Below, one piece after another: positions 47,262 to 62,085 of a stretch of DNA of 64,000 bases. Source of the DNA: Chiloscyllium plagiosum (taxonomy: Eukaryota); the NCBI RefSeq assembly GCF_004010195.1, contig NC_057728.1:46732349-46796348 (forward strand), given 5' to 3'. Position numbers and translations under genes: made by a program. Numbering within the stretch: the first letter of the stretch is position 1; every line of letters begins with the position of its first letter. Under the pieces are notes generated by a model, which did no database searches, was not told the origin of the DNA, and saw only the letters and a program-made list of their open reading frames with translations.

Positions 47262-48200
47262 AATATACAAAGAACAATGAACAATGCAGCACAGGAATAG
47301 ACCTTTCAGCCCTCCAAGCCAATGCTAACACATTTTGCCCTTCCATATTAAAATTGTCTTCACTTACAGGATCCGTATCCTCTATTCCCTTCCTATTTGT
47401 GTGCTTGTCCAAATGCTTCTTGAATGCTGCTCTTGTGTCTGCTTCCACCACCACCTCCTCTGGTAGCATGTTCCAGGCACTCACCAACCTTTGTACATCT
47501 CTTTTAAACATACCCCCTGCACCTTGAACCTGTGTCCTCTTGTAATTGACCCCTCCACCCTGGGAAAAAGACTCATACTTTCCACTCTATCTATGCTATT
47601 TGCAATCCCATAAACTTCTACTAGGTCACCTCTCAACTTCCCTCATTCCAGTGAAAACAAGCCAAGTCTATGCAACCTTTCTTCATAGTTAAAATCCCCC
47701 ATACCAGGCAACATCCTGATAAACCTTTTCTGTACCCTCTCCAAAGCATCCACATCCTTCTCGTAGTGTGATGAGCAGAACTGTATGTAATATTCCAAAT
47801 GCGACCGAAGTAAAGTTCTATAAAGCTACAACATAACTTGTCTATTCTTATACTCAATGCCCCCTCCGATGAAGGCATGCATGCCATCGGTCATTTTTTA
47901 CATCCTTACCTACTTGTACTACCATCTTCAATAATCTGTGGACCCAGACCCCTCTGCATATTAATACTCCTAAGGGTTCTGTCATTTACTTTACAATTTC
48001 CACTTGTACCTGACCTTCCAAAATGCATCACTGAACATTTGCCCAGATTAAACTCCATCGACCATTTTTCTGCCCAAGCTTCCAACTGATCTGTATCCTG
48101 CCAGATCTTGTGGCTATCCTCCTCACTATCCACAACTCCATCAATCATTGTACTATCCACAAATTTACTGATTGGACCAGTTATGTTTGTTCCAAATCAT
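47262..48200 (-). mobile_element. CR1 3' region
   Basis: WAEKWSMEFNLGKCSVMHFG and WNMLPEEVV, with an aacaaagaac tail. Confidence 0.92.
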
Positions 48201-48439
48201 TTATGTGGTTAAATCGTCAAATATATTGTCATTCCTTCAGGGTCAAGATCCTGAAATTTCCTCCCTAACATCATTGTGTGGGTTCCTTCAGCATATGGAT
48301 TGCAGTGGTTCTTGTAGATGGTGGCGCATTGCTGGAGTTAGTCTAGCCACATCCATGAATGAACATAAAAATGCAATGATGTAAAGTCTTACCACATCTT
48401 ATCCAGAGAGATACAAAAGTGAACAATTGTACTTATCTT

Positions 48440-48830
48440 TATTCTGATTAGGTTGTTGAATAATTTCTACTTGGTGAGACAGATGTTAAGAAGAGATTTG
48501 AATGACATATTTAAATTCTCGAAGGGCCTGAACAAAATTGTAGGGGTGAATAGAGAGCATTGATTTAAAGTGATTTGCAAAAAAAGCAGGTGTGATGTGG
48601 GGAAAAAATGGTTCAGGTCTGGAATACACTCTGGGAAATATCATGGTGGCAGTTTCAACCAAAACATTCAGGAGGGCATCAGATGATTATTTGAATAGAA
48701 ATGATGTGCAAGATTACAGGCAAAACGCAGAACAATAGCACTAAGCCATGATGCTCATTCAAAGAGTTGGTGAGAGATAATAGACTGAATGGCTTCCTTC
48801 CGCACCCTAACAATTCTCAGATTCTATGAT
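48440..48830 (+). mobile_element. Old CR1 3' fragment
   Basis: Decayed C-terminus and the gactgaatggcttcct UTR. Confidence 0.65.
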
Positions 48831-51029
48831 ATCGTATTGGCCTGAGACATAAACCACCCAAAAGTTGAATCTCAGAAAAGTTTGGGAGTTGGTTTTGGGG
48901 AGGTCATTGGGGTTGAAAATATAAAGCTTTTCCTTTGAGCACATTAGTATTGTCTTACTGTTGGCTTGCTTTGTCCTTTTTTGCCTTTTTAACTTGGTCA
49001 TTCGTGGCCACCAAGGCCACAGATTAAGCCAGCTTCAAGATTGAATGGGTTACACTGTCCAAAATCATTGAAATAGATTATTTATTCATTGTGACCATAC
49101 CATTTTAATCAGTGGCTCTGTTATATTCCCTCATTTCACCATTTTGTTATGAATGCAATCATTCAGGAAGACTGTCTGTTCTCTCAGCTTCTCATACTTC
49201 AACAACTTAATATCAGGGCTGAATCATACTTTTACTGGGCTGTCAGTTTGCTAGCCTAAAATGTCCAACCAAAGCCCTGTAAATTAATAGTTCTGGTATG
49301 GCACAACACGTGGGTGATTACAGCGTGTAAGCAAATCAAGTGTATGATGACAGGAGATAGCAACTAATACCAACAAGCATAACAAATTGTAACGTCAATG
49401 GTATCATTGAAAATACAAGTGAAATTTGATACCAGACAGCCCGTGGAGTTCTTTACTGTAGTTTCATTGTCAAATTTAACCAAAGAACAAAGCTTACTTT
49501 GCAAATTATCAGAAAATTAAATAGATTTTCTGAGTGATTTTCAGCTGGTATTCCCTTCTCAGGAAATTGGTTTTCTGAAGCAAGTTAAAAGATCTTGTTT
49601 TCTTCCCTTCAGTTACATTGTCTACCAGCTAATGTTGAGATGACAAGGAACTGTCAGAAGTATATTTCATCCAGTTATGATACAGCACTACCCTTGTGTT
49701 AGAAAATATGTCTGACGGTGTTATTATTTAAACATCCTGTAGAGCAAATATCTATCAAATACTTCTGTAAATTATGTATCTGAAATTTATTTTAATTTAT
49801 AAGGAGATGAAATTTCTGGAAAATTAATATTTTACAAGGTGGATGTTTTCATTTGAACATGAAATTTTTTTTTAGAACTGTAAATGCCAAATCTCTTCAC
49901 TGATATAAATTTCAAGATAAAGTGGCGGTATCAGACGGAGTCTCAATAAATCATTTTGAAGGATTCCATATCTATGGCCTATTTGAGAGGTTTATGAGTG
50001 TTGAGCTAAAACAAGTGAGGGATCAACAATTCTTCAGTGGTGAACTGAAAGGAGGTCAGGAGACAATGGAGGATCTGTCAGGAATTGGACTTGTGTTTCC
50101 TTTAGTCACAGGAGGAAGATAATGAAAACCACTTCATACCCTTTTGGGCATACACTACACAATTTTCCTACTCCCTGTCTGCCCCAACATTTGGAAGGAT
50201 CATCAACCTTTGGAAAAGGCCATTCCTGTAGCACTGACACATTTGAGAGGATTCGGCAGGCTGCACAGCTAACGTCTGTCCTTCAGTAGAGAGCTGCCAG
50301 CCAATCTCACCAGTATCACAATTCAGTAATGGGGCTTTTGGGACTTTAAGCAGTTCCATGTTGGAGTGCTGTCCATGCTAGCAGGGGTGCGGGAGCAGGC
50401 AGGTTTTAAAAGCAATGCAGCACAAAGTTGGGAAATGATCTTGAAAGGTAGACACATCTCCTATTTCCCCTCCTGAGCTTTTTACAAACTTGGGTTGAAA
50501 GAAACAGCCTTCCCACACTTGCTCACCCTCCACTGTCCAGCCTATTGAGGCAGTGGAAATAAATTGAGGACCTTTAGTGGGCAATAAATTGCCAAAGAGT
50601 AGATGGACTAGTAGATACTTATATTAAGGGGAGTGGATTGGAAATGGATATTTAGGCTCTGGACTGGCAATCCAACATATTTTATGTGATCCTGTCAAAA
50701 ACATGTCCAGAGCCAGGTCTGTGAAACTCAGACCTATGCATTCTCTTCCCTGGTCTTATAACTGATTGAAATAGTGAAACTGAGGTTCTATGAGAATCTC
50801 AGAAGAAAACACAAGGTTATGAAGTGTAGAGAAATGAGGAGAGGACCTTCCTTGGGCAGATCACTGCCACCTATCTGTTAACATCAGTTTAATTTTCTGA
50901 ATATTTTCCCATTTTCCAAATGTTTTGCCTTTATATTTAAGAGTAGACTGCAGGGTCACTGAGCTATTCAATAGTTCAGTATCTCACAGCTGAATCTAAT
51001 CTGCTCCCCAGCTGAAAAACCCACAGGTA

Positions 51030-51415
51030 GGCTCTCTTGTGGCACATTTACCCTAGCTCAGGTTTAGGTCCGGCCTGAGCTAGAGGTGTGTAATAATATT
51101 TCTGAACGAGTTGATTGGAAAAATAGGTTAAATAAAACAAAATAAGTTAAATAAAAACAAACCCTACAGATGGGCCCACTTATGGCTCAGTAGCTCTGAA
51201 CCAGGAGGCCCAGGTTCAAGTCCTGCTTGCTCCAGAGGAGTAGGATAGCATCTCAGTACAGGTTGGTTTGAAAGTAAGATTAGGCCCCACAGGTGAGTTC
51301 TTGTGGCACACTGGTAGTGTTACTAACTCTGAGACAGGAGGCTTGGATTCAAGTCCCGACTGCTCCAGAGATATATAATAAAATCTCTGAAAAGGTTGAT
51401 TTAGAAAAAAAAACA
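51030..51415 (+). mobile_element. Three tandem copies of the short tRNA-derived SINE
   Basis: Each has ggttcaagtcc or a variant and ends gttgatt.gaaaa. Homologous to 7738-7850. Confidence 0.7.
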
Positions 51416-51859
51416 CAGGTTGATTTACTTCTGGTACCTAATAGTTAAAATTTTTAAAAAGTCACCGTGATTTGGTAATGGAGACAAACTGTTCAATTGT
51501 GTATGATAGCACTTCTGCTTATTAAATAAAAACCCACAGGTACATGCACATGTAAACACCCTTGTATATGACACAAAATAATGTCTGGATGTGCCAAACT
51601 GTGATAGTGTTTCATCCTTCTGACACCAGGGGAATGAGCCTAAATGCAGGATAGCTTGCTTCATCTAGACTTAAAATAACTAACTATTCTGAGCATTGAA
51701 CCTGCACCTGTACAGATTTGTACCACCTACTGTTATGCTGAATAGTGCATTAACTCACTTATGGAAGAGAGTCAACATTCAGTGGTATGAGGTGAGTCAA
51801 TGCAAAACTGAGATTACAACTTCAGAGCCACAGTCAGTTCCAGCATCATACAAATAAAT

Positions 51860-52160
51860 CACAGTTTGCGTAAGAAAGTGTCCCAAGGCACTTCAGAGCT
51901 TTATGAAACAATATTTGAAACTAAACTACATGAGATATTTGGGCAGATCGCCAAAATCTTGATCAAAGACATAGGTTTTAAAGAACATCTTAAAGAGAGA
52001 GAGATGAAATTTTAGGGAGGGAATTCCAGAGTTTGGGGACTTGGTCGGTGCAGATACGAATACTAATGGTGAAGTAATTAAAATTAAGGATGTTCATGAG
52101 GTCAGAATTAGAAGAGCTATCTCAAATGTCTGTGAGACTGGAGGATTTTATAAACAGAGT
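51860..52160 (-). mobile_element. L2-type 3' fragment
   Basis: gtcccaaggcacttca..ccaaaatcttgatcaaaga..ggagggaattccagag. Confidence 0.75.
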
Positions 52161-52927
52161 GGAAATAAAACGGTCTGGCCTGTACTATGACATTATTGAA
52201 ACTTGCTGCAAAAAGGCCAGTCTCAGTCACTGGCTCACTTTCGAGGTCACACAGAAGTAGGAAGACGTATTGGTAATGTTCGAATTTCTATCCTAAACAG
52301 TGCATAATTAAGGTTGAGAGTGACATCCCCAGTTTCAAATTGCAATGAACAGTTCACAGGTGAATGGTGGACAGAGAAAAGCCATGAAGAAAAATAAAGA
52401 TGACTCTGTACACACGAATGGAGTCAAAATTAGGGCAATATTATGAGGACTATTGTACAAGAAACAAACATTTGCTTTATTAAAATTAATAGTAGAAATT
52501 CTGCCAAAATTTCTTCCTCATAAAACCTGCAACACAGAAGTGAGATAGAAGAAACTGTTGAGATTTTTGGGATGAAAACTAGAAGTGAACATATATCTGG
52601 TAATATGCAGCCTCATATTGCATAGGAAGGAATGGAAGATTCCATTATCAAAACATCACTATATTTATCTCAGGCACCTTCAGCTCATAGTAACAGCATT
52701 CTTTCAGGATTGCACTGAAAAGTCAGCTAAGATTGTACTCATAAACCTTGGAATGGAGTTTAAATCTATAATTTCCGATACTCAAGTACAATGAGCACTC
52801 AAACTCATATTATGGAAGATGCTTATGCCATAATTTATCCATCCCTATGGATGTTTTGGAGGAAGCAAAGCTGAGAAATCTTGCAACATCAGACCACCTC
52901 CTTGATGTGTTCCTGCCTTCTCATGTA

Positions 52928-53094
52928 CAGAGGAATCTCGATTGTCTGGCATTCAATTGTCCAAATTTCGGATTATCTGGCAAGATCCCGATGCTTGGCT
53001 AAACTGTGTTAACCAGCATTCAATTATCCGAACATTTGATTATCCAAACAAAATACTCCCTGCCTGTGTCATTTGGATAATTGAGGTCCCTGTC
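52928..53094. mobile_element. Short MITE of the same Tigger-like family as 30546-31411
   Basis: ta-cagaggaatctcgatt ... ggataattgaggtccc TIRs. Confidence 0.8.
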
Positions 53095-53615
53095 TATATC
53101 TTGGAGGTGGGAGAATAGCAGTAAATATCTCACCTACTGATTAACAGTTGGGTAGTGAGATTATTAATACAACTAGTGAGCATTTTTGAACAGCCTGGAA
53201 TTTTACTGGAAGTAGACAGGACCCTCTGCCCCCTTCTCCAACCCCTTGCCTCCCTATGTAGATTGGAGTGCACCTACTCAGGGGAGTTGAGAGCCGAGTG
53301 GGGGATGGGGTCAAAAAACCTTGAGGTAGAATTAAATGTTTATGTTTGAAAGTTCAATCTGACAACTTCCAAGCAACTGCACATCTGCAATATTTTCAAA
53401 GACAAGCTCCTGAGAGTGCTGACAATCACATCATCACCATTATTCATTGTCCTGCCTCATTCAGACCTGTAGCAAACTATCTTCACTATTAGGTGCACTT
53501 TGCTCTGGCACTCTACTATTTTAAAATGAGCAAATTAAACAAAATTTATGTAGACAGCCGTAAGGGCCACTTGTAATGAAAATGAACATATGAAAGTTAA
53601 CTTATCACATTTAAA

Positions 53616-54080
53616 TCAAAATATAATGAAAATGAAAATATGTAAAGGAAGTGAATCACATCTGGTTAAAATATCATTTTGCAGAATGGCAATATAGCCT
53701 AGCCCCCATGATGCCCACCTGAGGTCTGAAGCATACTGTGGACACCATGTGCTGTTTCTCAAGGATACCCAAGTGCAGATATCACCTTGGAAGAAAGGCA
53801 GGTATTTAAGTGCTACAATCGCCTCCATGGCCCACTGTCTGGGAGTATTCATTGCCACTTTGGCCAGCCACAGAAGCAGGTAAACAACAAAGGCCTTCAA
53901 TCTGCCTGCTGCTTTCCACATCCAGTGCCTAGAGATCGTATAACTGAATTGCCACCATAAGTATAATGACATGCCCTAAAGAAATCAAGGAAGGGTCACT
54001 GTAACCTGGCTCTCAGACTCCATGATGCTGCAAAACGTTACAGGTGCCCTGAGAGTCTGTAAACCTACTTCACCTACGAT
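53616..54080 (-). mobile_element. Old Tx1-clade ORF2 C-terminal relic
   Basis: LLLWLAKVAMNTPRQWAMEA..LPFFQG aligns with LLLGLAKLAINRSRQRAIEG..LPLFRG at 17.9 kb. Confidence 0.8.
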
Positions 54081-57000
54081 TGAACAGACAACTGAATGCA
54101 ACATTCTTCACCCAATCTCGGACTCCCTCGTAGAGGAGGACTGGGCCCCTCCACATTACTAAATGGCAAGAGTGGCCTAAGTAGCCTACCTCTGTCTCTA
54201 ATTGAATGGGGACACAGTCTGTTAAGATTAGGTTGATAATCCCTTGTGCTATTGATGCTGAATTCATTCAAATACCGGATTCTCAGCTCTCTTGGCAAAA
54301 TTCAGCCCAACTGATCCTTTTGATTAATGAAACCAATTGGCAATGTGGTGGTGTCTCTTTCTTCATAATTAATTGAATTAGCTAATACATACAAAATGAT
54401 TCCCCTTCCCTGTGAAATTAGCACAAGAACAGCCAAAGCCCATTGAAACAAATCTAATGTCCTTCTTGGTGGAAATGGGACGTTTTACTTTCATCAAATT
54501 AAAATTATTTTAATTCTCACCATTTGTGAATGCCTGCTTGATATTACAATTACAACAATGTTGTAGATATTGAGTGAGCTACAAAAATATAAAACATTTC
54601 AGATTATGTGGTGTTAATAAAATTGATAATAATTGATAATACTAATTGATTTGAATCTTGAAATCAGTACAGCTGCAGGAATTTTCCATTGTTTGTTGTC
54701 CAGGTGATGCTTTGCATTGTTAGTCACTCTATAATACCACAAAGTCTTTTGCAGGTCATTTCTACAGTTACACTATAAGCATTCAAGATAATAAATTTAT
54801 AATGGGATTTATCCTTGCTGACATTCATGAAAGAACATGCACGAATTGAGAAATGTAATTACCAGGAGACAAAACAATTATCTTGCTAATGAATTTCCTA
54901 CTTAATTTTCATTTTCTATGAAACCATCATGTCTCCAATGTTACCTTAAAGTTAATTTGACTCTTGGTAAAACTTCCTCTGCATAATAGTTTCAAAACAA
55001 AGCTGAAGCTATAAATACATTTTACTCTATGGAATTAAATTAAGTATTTTTTATGGTTTCCTCAAAAAATAATGCAAAGCTCTTTGTTTATGGGCTTCAT
55101 AATAAACTGTGTTTGAATAAAATTGAATCCTGCCTAAACTAAGTTATAGATATTGTAGTGGTGGCCATCATCCTTTTGACCTTTCTTGCAATGCACCAGT
55201 GTGAAGTTACATTTATGTGCTTGTTGTCCTGTCTTGTTCTCTCCCATTACCAGGGGAGATGGGAGCAGCACTGAATCCCAGCACCTGTGAGGAGAGTGGA
55301 GAAATACAGACAAACTCATGAGATGGAACCAGGCTGGATGGGACAAGGGAATATGGAAGACTTGGGGAAGGGATCCTATCTATCCCCTGGAGTAAATACT
55401 CAGCGCACTTGCAAACACTGTTTTCCTAAACAGCATGTTCAGGCCCCTTTCTAATATGAAGGCTTGTAAATAGCAACTATATCCAAAGAAAACAAATGTG
55501 TAGAATGCTTACAATTAGTATATTGTAAAGGGGTTGGTTTTCAAAATAGATTTTAAGTTGGGACAATTCCCTTAAGTTGAAGCATTTTATTTAGCTACTA
55601 AAATTATTGGAAAGATTAATAAAGCTTGGATGGAACTGCAGATGATTTACTACTTTTTCAGCACTACTGATTTACATCCCTCTCAGCATCACTGAGGAGG
55701 TGGTTAACTAAAGTGCACATTCTCAATTAAACTCTGAGAGGAAATATAAATAAAAAAAGTGACATAATAAAGTCAGCCTAAAATGAACCTTTAAATTACT
55801 TTAGCATATAAGTTTTATTTATTTTGACTGAAAAGAAGTATTAAAAGTATATTAATCATAATTAGTCATACTTTGAATATTTAAAATGATGTTGTAATGA
55901 TAACACATTTATAATGCACTCATGTTATTGGTCATATGTTTGACTCTAATGCCTTTAACTGTTGATATTTTCTTCGGTCTTATTACTGCCACTTAAGACA
56001 TGGCCTTATTGCAAATTTTTCAGAAGGTATCTGACAAAACCCAAAACCAATGAAAACTGGCAAATTCCATCTCACAGTTGCACTCCAATCTTTCAGATGC
56101 TGTTTCTGCTTTGCCCAGCGTTCGAACTTTGCTGTGAAAAATGAATGGCAGCTTTTGATCAGGCAATAGTTTTGCAACTTTCAGGATTCCCACTGACATG
56201 AAGGTCTCATTCTGACTTTGTGTGATAGCAAAAGGATGTAAGAGTGAATCGGCAGCCTGATTTTACATTCCTCCCTATTTAGTAGAACACTTGAAATTAA
56301 AATCTGGAACAAATACTAAACAGATTTCACAACAAAGAAGTTGTCCATTTCATATCTATAAGAATGAAGAGTTGATTCCCACAATTTTTGCCATAACTCC
56401 CTGCAATCTTCCAATTCCTCTGCCCACCAACTGTACCTGAGCAATTCAGTAAATGTCAAAATTCAGATACAAAATTGGCTCTGTGGTAGCTTCAATATTA
56501 CCAACAAACTGAATGAAAAGTATATCCAATACAGAGTAGCAGACAAAGCAATTTTGCAGATTGATTGAACAGTTATATATATATATAGATCTCTCATGAA
56601 GTGTAACTTGTGGTAACACATGAGCTATGGACAATAACAGGCAGTTTGTTATGAACATTTCAGTCAAGACATTTGCCAAAGGGTGCAATGATGGAAAGTG
56701 CTACCTCTCATCTGTGTCTGTTTCGGTGTCACATGAATCCATACACCTATGAATTCCCACCTCAACAAACATCAAAAGGATAACAAGTAATTAAGTAGAA
56801 ATCTTACTCATTAAAGAATTATCCACGGAGTTGAGGAGAGCACTGATTACTTTCAAGCCCATGACCTGAGTAGGTCTGGTGTGAATTCATTCTCAGGAGA
56901 CAAAATAAAAATATTTTGAATGAAGAAAGAAGGTACTGCAGTCAGTCATTCCCTTATGTGATTGTGCATTACTGCATGGTGGCACTCAATCCAATCTGCA

Positions 57001-58063
57001 TGGTTGCACAAGACAGTTGGGATCAGTCATTATCTAGGAAGGCAATACAAAACTGTACTCCTCTTGCACTGCAGTAATCACAACTGAAAGTCAAAATGAA
57101 ACTATATGTTTCTTTATGCTAAAATTACTTTCATGCTCAATGACAAAAGCCTTATGGGCAATTCAGTGCATTTCCTTTCTGTTTGAATGGAAAATAATAG
57201 TACCAAGGGCTCACTATAATTCTTCAGCTGTTGAATAATAACATTCCAAAGAAACAGGGTGCATCAACAGCTACTAAAAGTAAACCAGAACTTCTCCATC
57301 AAACACGTGAAATTGTCTGATTGTAAACATGTTGCACAGACAAAATTCTTTCCTGTGAGTGTAGTAGCTCCCCAGCGCCCTGCATTATAAAGCAGATGCT
57401 ATGAATTATATATTACATATTTCATAACATAAACAAAATACATTAACAAATTCTCTATATAAAGCACGTTAAAAATGTTGCATTGTACCTTAACCATCAT
57501 CCTGTCAAGCTGCATCCTATTCAGGAGTGAAGTTTAAGAAAATACAAAAGAAACTGTTAAAGTATTAATGATAATATATACCATTTACTCTCCCCAAAAG
57601 CCCGTTCCAGTTTAATTATACTAATGATTAAATAATTTACCTGAATTTTGAAGCTTTGGTTAAATATATATCATCAGTCATGTATGGCAACTCTCTGAAA
57701 ATGTTTTCACTTAATCACACTCACCTGACCTTTCCTGGACCTTTATAAATTTCTTGTCAAATAATCATTTGTTTTTGCTTAAAATGCTATTAGGGATTCT
57801 GCCTCCACCACTGTACTTCTGCAAAGCATCTTATGTCATGATGACTCCATGCAGTTTTTTAAAAAAGTGTCCTCACCATTCTTCACTCTTTTTGTGGCAT
57901 ACTGTGTTTCTTCCTTCTCGCTACAGATGGAGCAACGGAATTACTTCTTCCCATTTATTAGACCAAAACTCTGAATAGTTTGAACACCTCCTTATAACTT
58001 TCCCCATCTGGGTGAGAACAATTTTCTCAATTTTTCTGTCATACCTCAACCCTTTAATCCTCA

Positions 58064-58292
58064 AGGGGATTGGTTAGCTCAGTTGGCTGCATGGCTAGTT
58101 TATAATGCAGACGAATGTCAACAGCATAAGTTCAATTCATGTCATTAGCTAAGGTTATCATGAAGGACTCTCCTTCTCAACTTTCTCCCATGCCTGAGGC
58201 ATGGTGACCTGCAGCTTAAACCACCACCAGTCTTCTCTCTGTCTCTAAAGCGAGAGAGCCCAATGGTTTGGTAAGACTATGGTGACTTTTAT
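58064..58292 (+). mobile_element. LF-SINE-like element within an old CR1 remnant
   Basis: tRNA-like head ttagctcagttgg..gttcaattc and core gcctgaggcatggtgacc..ttaaaccacc. Confidence 0.75.
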
Positions 58293-58949
58293 TCAATCCT
58301 CTATATAATATCTTTACGAATATGTTTTGTACTTTCTCCATGGCTTTGACATCCTTGCTAAAGCTGGATTCAAAATAGGATATCATATTTAAACTGCACT
58401 CTCTCATCAATGATTTATGTTGCTTTAACTTTGCCAACTATATAAAACATTCTAAAAATACCTAAAGTGTAAACCAAATGTAAATCCAAATACTTTTGCC
58501 AAAAATGAAAAACAAATTGTTTTGAGGTGGGTGACTAAAATATCAGCAAAGATTGTTGCAACATTATGGGGCAAATTTCATCTTCATTGTCGGGCCCAAT
58601 TTCTAAAAATGAGACATTTAGTCAAATGAAAATAGATTGGATTAGATTAGATTAATGACCCATTACAGTTGATTCAAGCCCTGTGTAAATCAACACAGTG
58701 AAATAATTAAATATTATGTGCAGGTTAATTGCTTTATTTTGACTACTACAATGGTTGATTCCTTAGTAAACAATATTTTAATTATGTGTCTTTTTCCATA
58801 CACTATTGGCTTCAAGTTTCCAGCTTCCTGAAATAGCTTTTCTTTTGCTTAGGCCAAGGCATTTGATAATCAATCACAGTTTTTAACAAGTTTGAATAAA
58901 AAATATTCCCAAAAAGTAAAAGATAAATATCATACCTCAAATAAGTCTA

Positions 58950-59370
58950 GGAAAACTGCAGAAAGTACTGCACCTCCTGACACCCCAAAACCTTACAACA
59001 ATCTACACACAGAAGTCAGGAGTGTGATAGAATACTCTCCTATTGTCCAGGTGGGTGCACCTCCAATAACATTCAAGAAGCTTGACACCAACCAGGTCAA
59101 AGCAGCCCACATGATTGGCATCATATAGGCAAGCATCCATCCCTCTACCATTAATGCTCAGTACTAGCAGTGTGTATGATCTAAAGCTGCACTGCAGAAA
59201 ATCGCTAAAAATCCTTAGACAACATGTTTCAAGCCCACGACTAATGACATCTAAGAACATGGGCAGCAGGTTCTTGGGAACACCACCATCTGTAAGTTCC
59301 CCTCCAAGAGACTAACCATGTTGACTAGGAAATATATCACCGCTCCTTCACTATCGCTGGGTCAAAATTA
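58950..59370 (+). mobile_element. LINE C-terminal fragment
   Basis: VRSVIEYSP..KKLDTNQVKAAHMIG. Confidence 0.8.
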
Positions 59371-59689
59371 CTTCAGCAATGATGGAAATTAACTCCATAA
59401 CCTGTCCAGGTTGTTTGAAACATCAAAAATAACTCCATATCTGTTCCATTTAGAGAGAGAGGTGCACTAACTACTCTCTGTCATGCCATTGTGTACTATG
59501 AGATGTTAGATATCTGGGTGTCATATCTAAGTGTTAATTTTAAGCTTAACAATAGAAACAAAGAACATAAGCACTAATTTTACCAATCTGGCCAGTATAA
59601 AATAACAGTTACTAGTTCTTTAAGAAGACAGGAGGGCAATGACTGATGGGTGTTTATGTGACTGGAGGCCTATGTACGATAGGGTAGCA

Positions 59690-60915
59690 TAAGACCATAA
59701 GAAATAGGAGCAGAATTAGGCTACTTGGTCCACAAAGTCTGCTCCACCATTTGATCATGGCTGATATGTTTCTTGACTCTATTCCCCCAACCTTCACTCC
59801 GTAACCTTTAATCCCCTTACAAATCAAGAACCGACCTATCTTTGTCTTAAATGCTTTCAATGACTTGGCCTCCACAGCCATCTGTGGCAATGAATTGCAC
59901 AGATTCATTACCCTCTGGCTGAAGAAGTTCCTCCTCATCTTAGTTCGAAAGGATCATCCCTTCACTCTGAAGCTGTGTCCTTGAGTCCTAGTCTCTCCTA
60001 CCAGTGGAAACATCTCCACATCCACTCTATCCAGGCCTCTCAGTATTCTGCAAGTTTCAATCAGATCCCCTCCCTCATCCTTCTAAACTCCATTGAGTAC
60101 AAATCCACAATCTTCAACTGCTCTTCATATGACAGTTCCTTCATCACTGGGGTCATTCTTGTAAATCTCCACCCCTCCAATGCCTAAGTATCTTTCCTTA
60201 GATACGGGTCCCAAAATTTCTCACAATATTCCAGATGTGGTCTGACCAGAGCCTTATACAGGAGAACATTTCTGTCCTTGTATGCTAACCGTCTTGAAAA
60301 GAATGCCAACATTGCATTTGTTTTCCTAACCACCGACTGAACCTACACGTTAACCCTAAAAGAATCCTGAAATAGGACTCCCAAGTCCATTGCGCTTCAG
60401 ATGTCTAAAACCTTTCCTGTTTAGAAAATAGTCTATGCCTCTATTCTTCCCACCAAAGTTCCCACCACACTTTCCCACACTGCATTCTATCTTTAACTTC
60501 TTTGCCCATTCTCTTAGCCTGTCCAAATCCTCTTGCAGCCTCCCCACTTCCACACCACTACCTGTTATTGCACCTATCTTTATGTTGTCTGCAAATTTGG
60601 CAATAATACCTTCAGTTCCTTCATCCAGATTGTTAATATATAACATGTTAATATATAACATGAATAGTTGTGTTCCCAGTAATGATCCCAACGGAACTCC
60701 ATTAGTCACCAGCTGTCACCCTGAAAAAGACCCATTTTTCTTAATTCTATGCCTTCTGCCAGTCAGCCAATCCTTTATCCATGCCAGTACCTTGCATCTA
60801 ACACCATGGGATATTTGAAGTAGCAGCCTGCCATGCAGCACCTTGTCAAAGGCCTTTTGGAAATCCAGTTAGATCATGTCCACTGGCTCTCCTTCGTTCA
60901 ACTTGCTCAAAGAAT
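59690..60915 (-). mobile_element. CR1 RT and 3' region
   Basis: GVPLGSLLG, KFADNIK and NFFSQRVMNL, with a cataagac tail. Confidence 0.93.
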
Positions 60916-61911
60916 TCTAACTGGATAATAATAAGAATAATTGACAACTTGGACATAATTTTGGGTTATCTGAATTTGTCACCTGACAATTTCTCTGTAT
61001 TACTTCTGTTATGAATATGGAAGCATCACACATCTGAAAAGCACCTTTGAATACTTGTGTCTTAGAATTCATGACAGACTTATTTTTAATTGTTTCCATG
61101 TCAGCTTTTGCCACTCTGCTGTTTAAATTCCTGTTTGTGAATCTAGATGGGTTTTCACAACAATTAATGTCTATTGCTGAAACTGGCTTTATATTCCAGG
61201 CTTTATTAATTGAACTTAAATTTCACCATACACGGTAGAATTTGATCCCATGGTTCATAGTCCAGTGACATTATGATTATGTCATTGTCTCAGACTAGGC
61301 TTTTATTTTGGATAATTTTAAATTGGAGATAATTTCTACTTATGGGAACAACAAGAAAAAGAATAATTGACTGTATGCACTGCTAGTATGGAAGTTAATT
61401 TGGCAGTTATGTAGCTAATTTAGTGTTATAATGCATATTACAGAGCTCCAGTAACAGATAATGGTAGTGCACTATGATAGGCCAGTTAAATCACTGATAG
61501 ATGAGCTTATACTGAAGATGATGGTGTTGTAATGTGATAGGTTAAGTGTAATGTAGTGAACCAGTGAGGTAGAAGATGATTAGGTTAGGAAGACAAAGCA
61601 AGCCAGTATGATTGGGTATGCTAATGCTATCAAATAAGCGCGGGAACCTATGACTGTATAAACTGCAGACAAACAAAGGTCTTGTGGGCAAACAGGGAAG
61701 ACATTTTCTGGCTGTCACAGCTTTGATTTTGCAAGATTAAAGTTCATGAACGATCTTTGCTATCTCTTGGGTTTTTTTTACAGAATATTGAGTGACTCTT
61801 CCACAACACTAGGTGTTCCATAAACATAATTTTATAGCATCAAGAGAGAAAATATTTTAAGTGACATAACTGTCTGTAATAGCTTATGAGTGAAACAGGT
61901 CAGCTGTGTTT

Positions 61912-62085
61912 TAAAGTCAAGAGTGTGGTGCTGGAAAAGCACAAGTCAGGCAGCATCCGAGGAGCAGGAGAATCAACGTTTCGGGCATAAGCCAGATTTT
62001 CCTGCTTCTCAGATGCTGCCTGACCTGCTGTGCTTTTCCAGCACCACCCTCTCGACTCCAGCATCTGCAGTCCTCACCTTCTCCA
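61912..62085. mobile_element. Penelope-derived palindrome
   Basis: Same family as 21100-21298. Confidence 0.85.

Noticed and set aside
56808..56865. Minus-strand exon candidate VMGLKVISALLNSVDNSLM with a GTAAGA donor
   Set aside because: Poor pyrimidine tract and unrecognised peptide.
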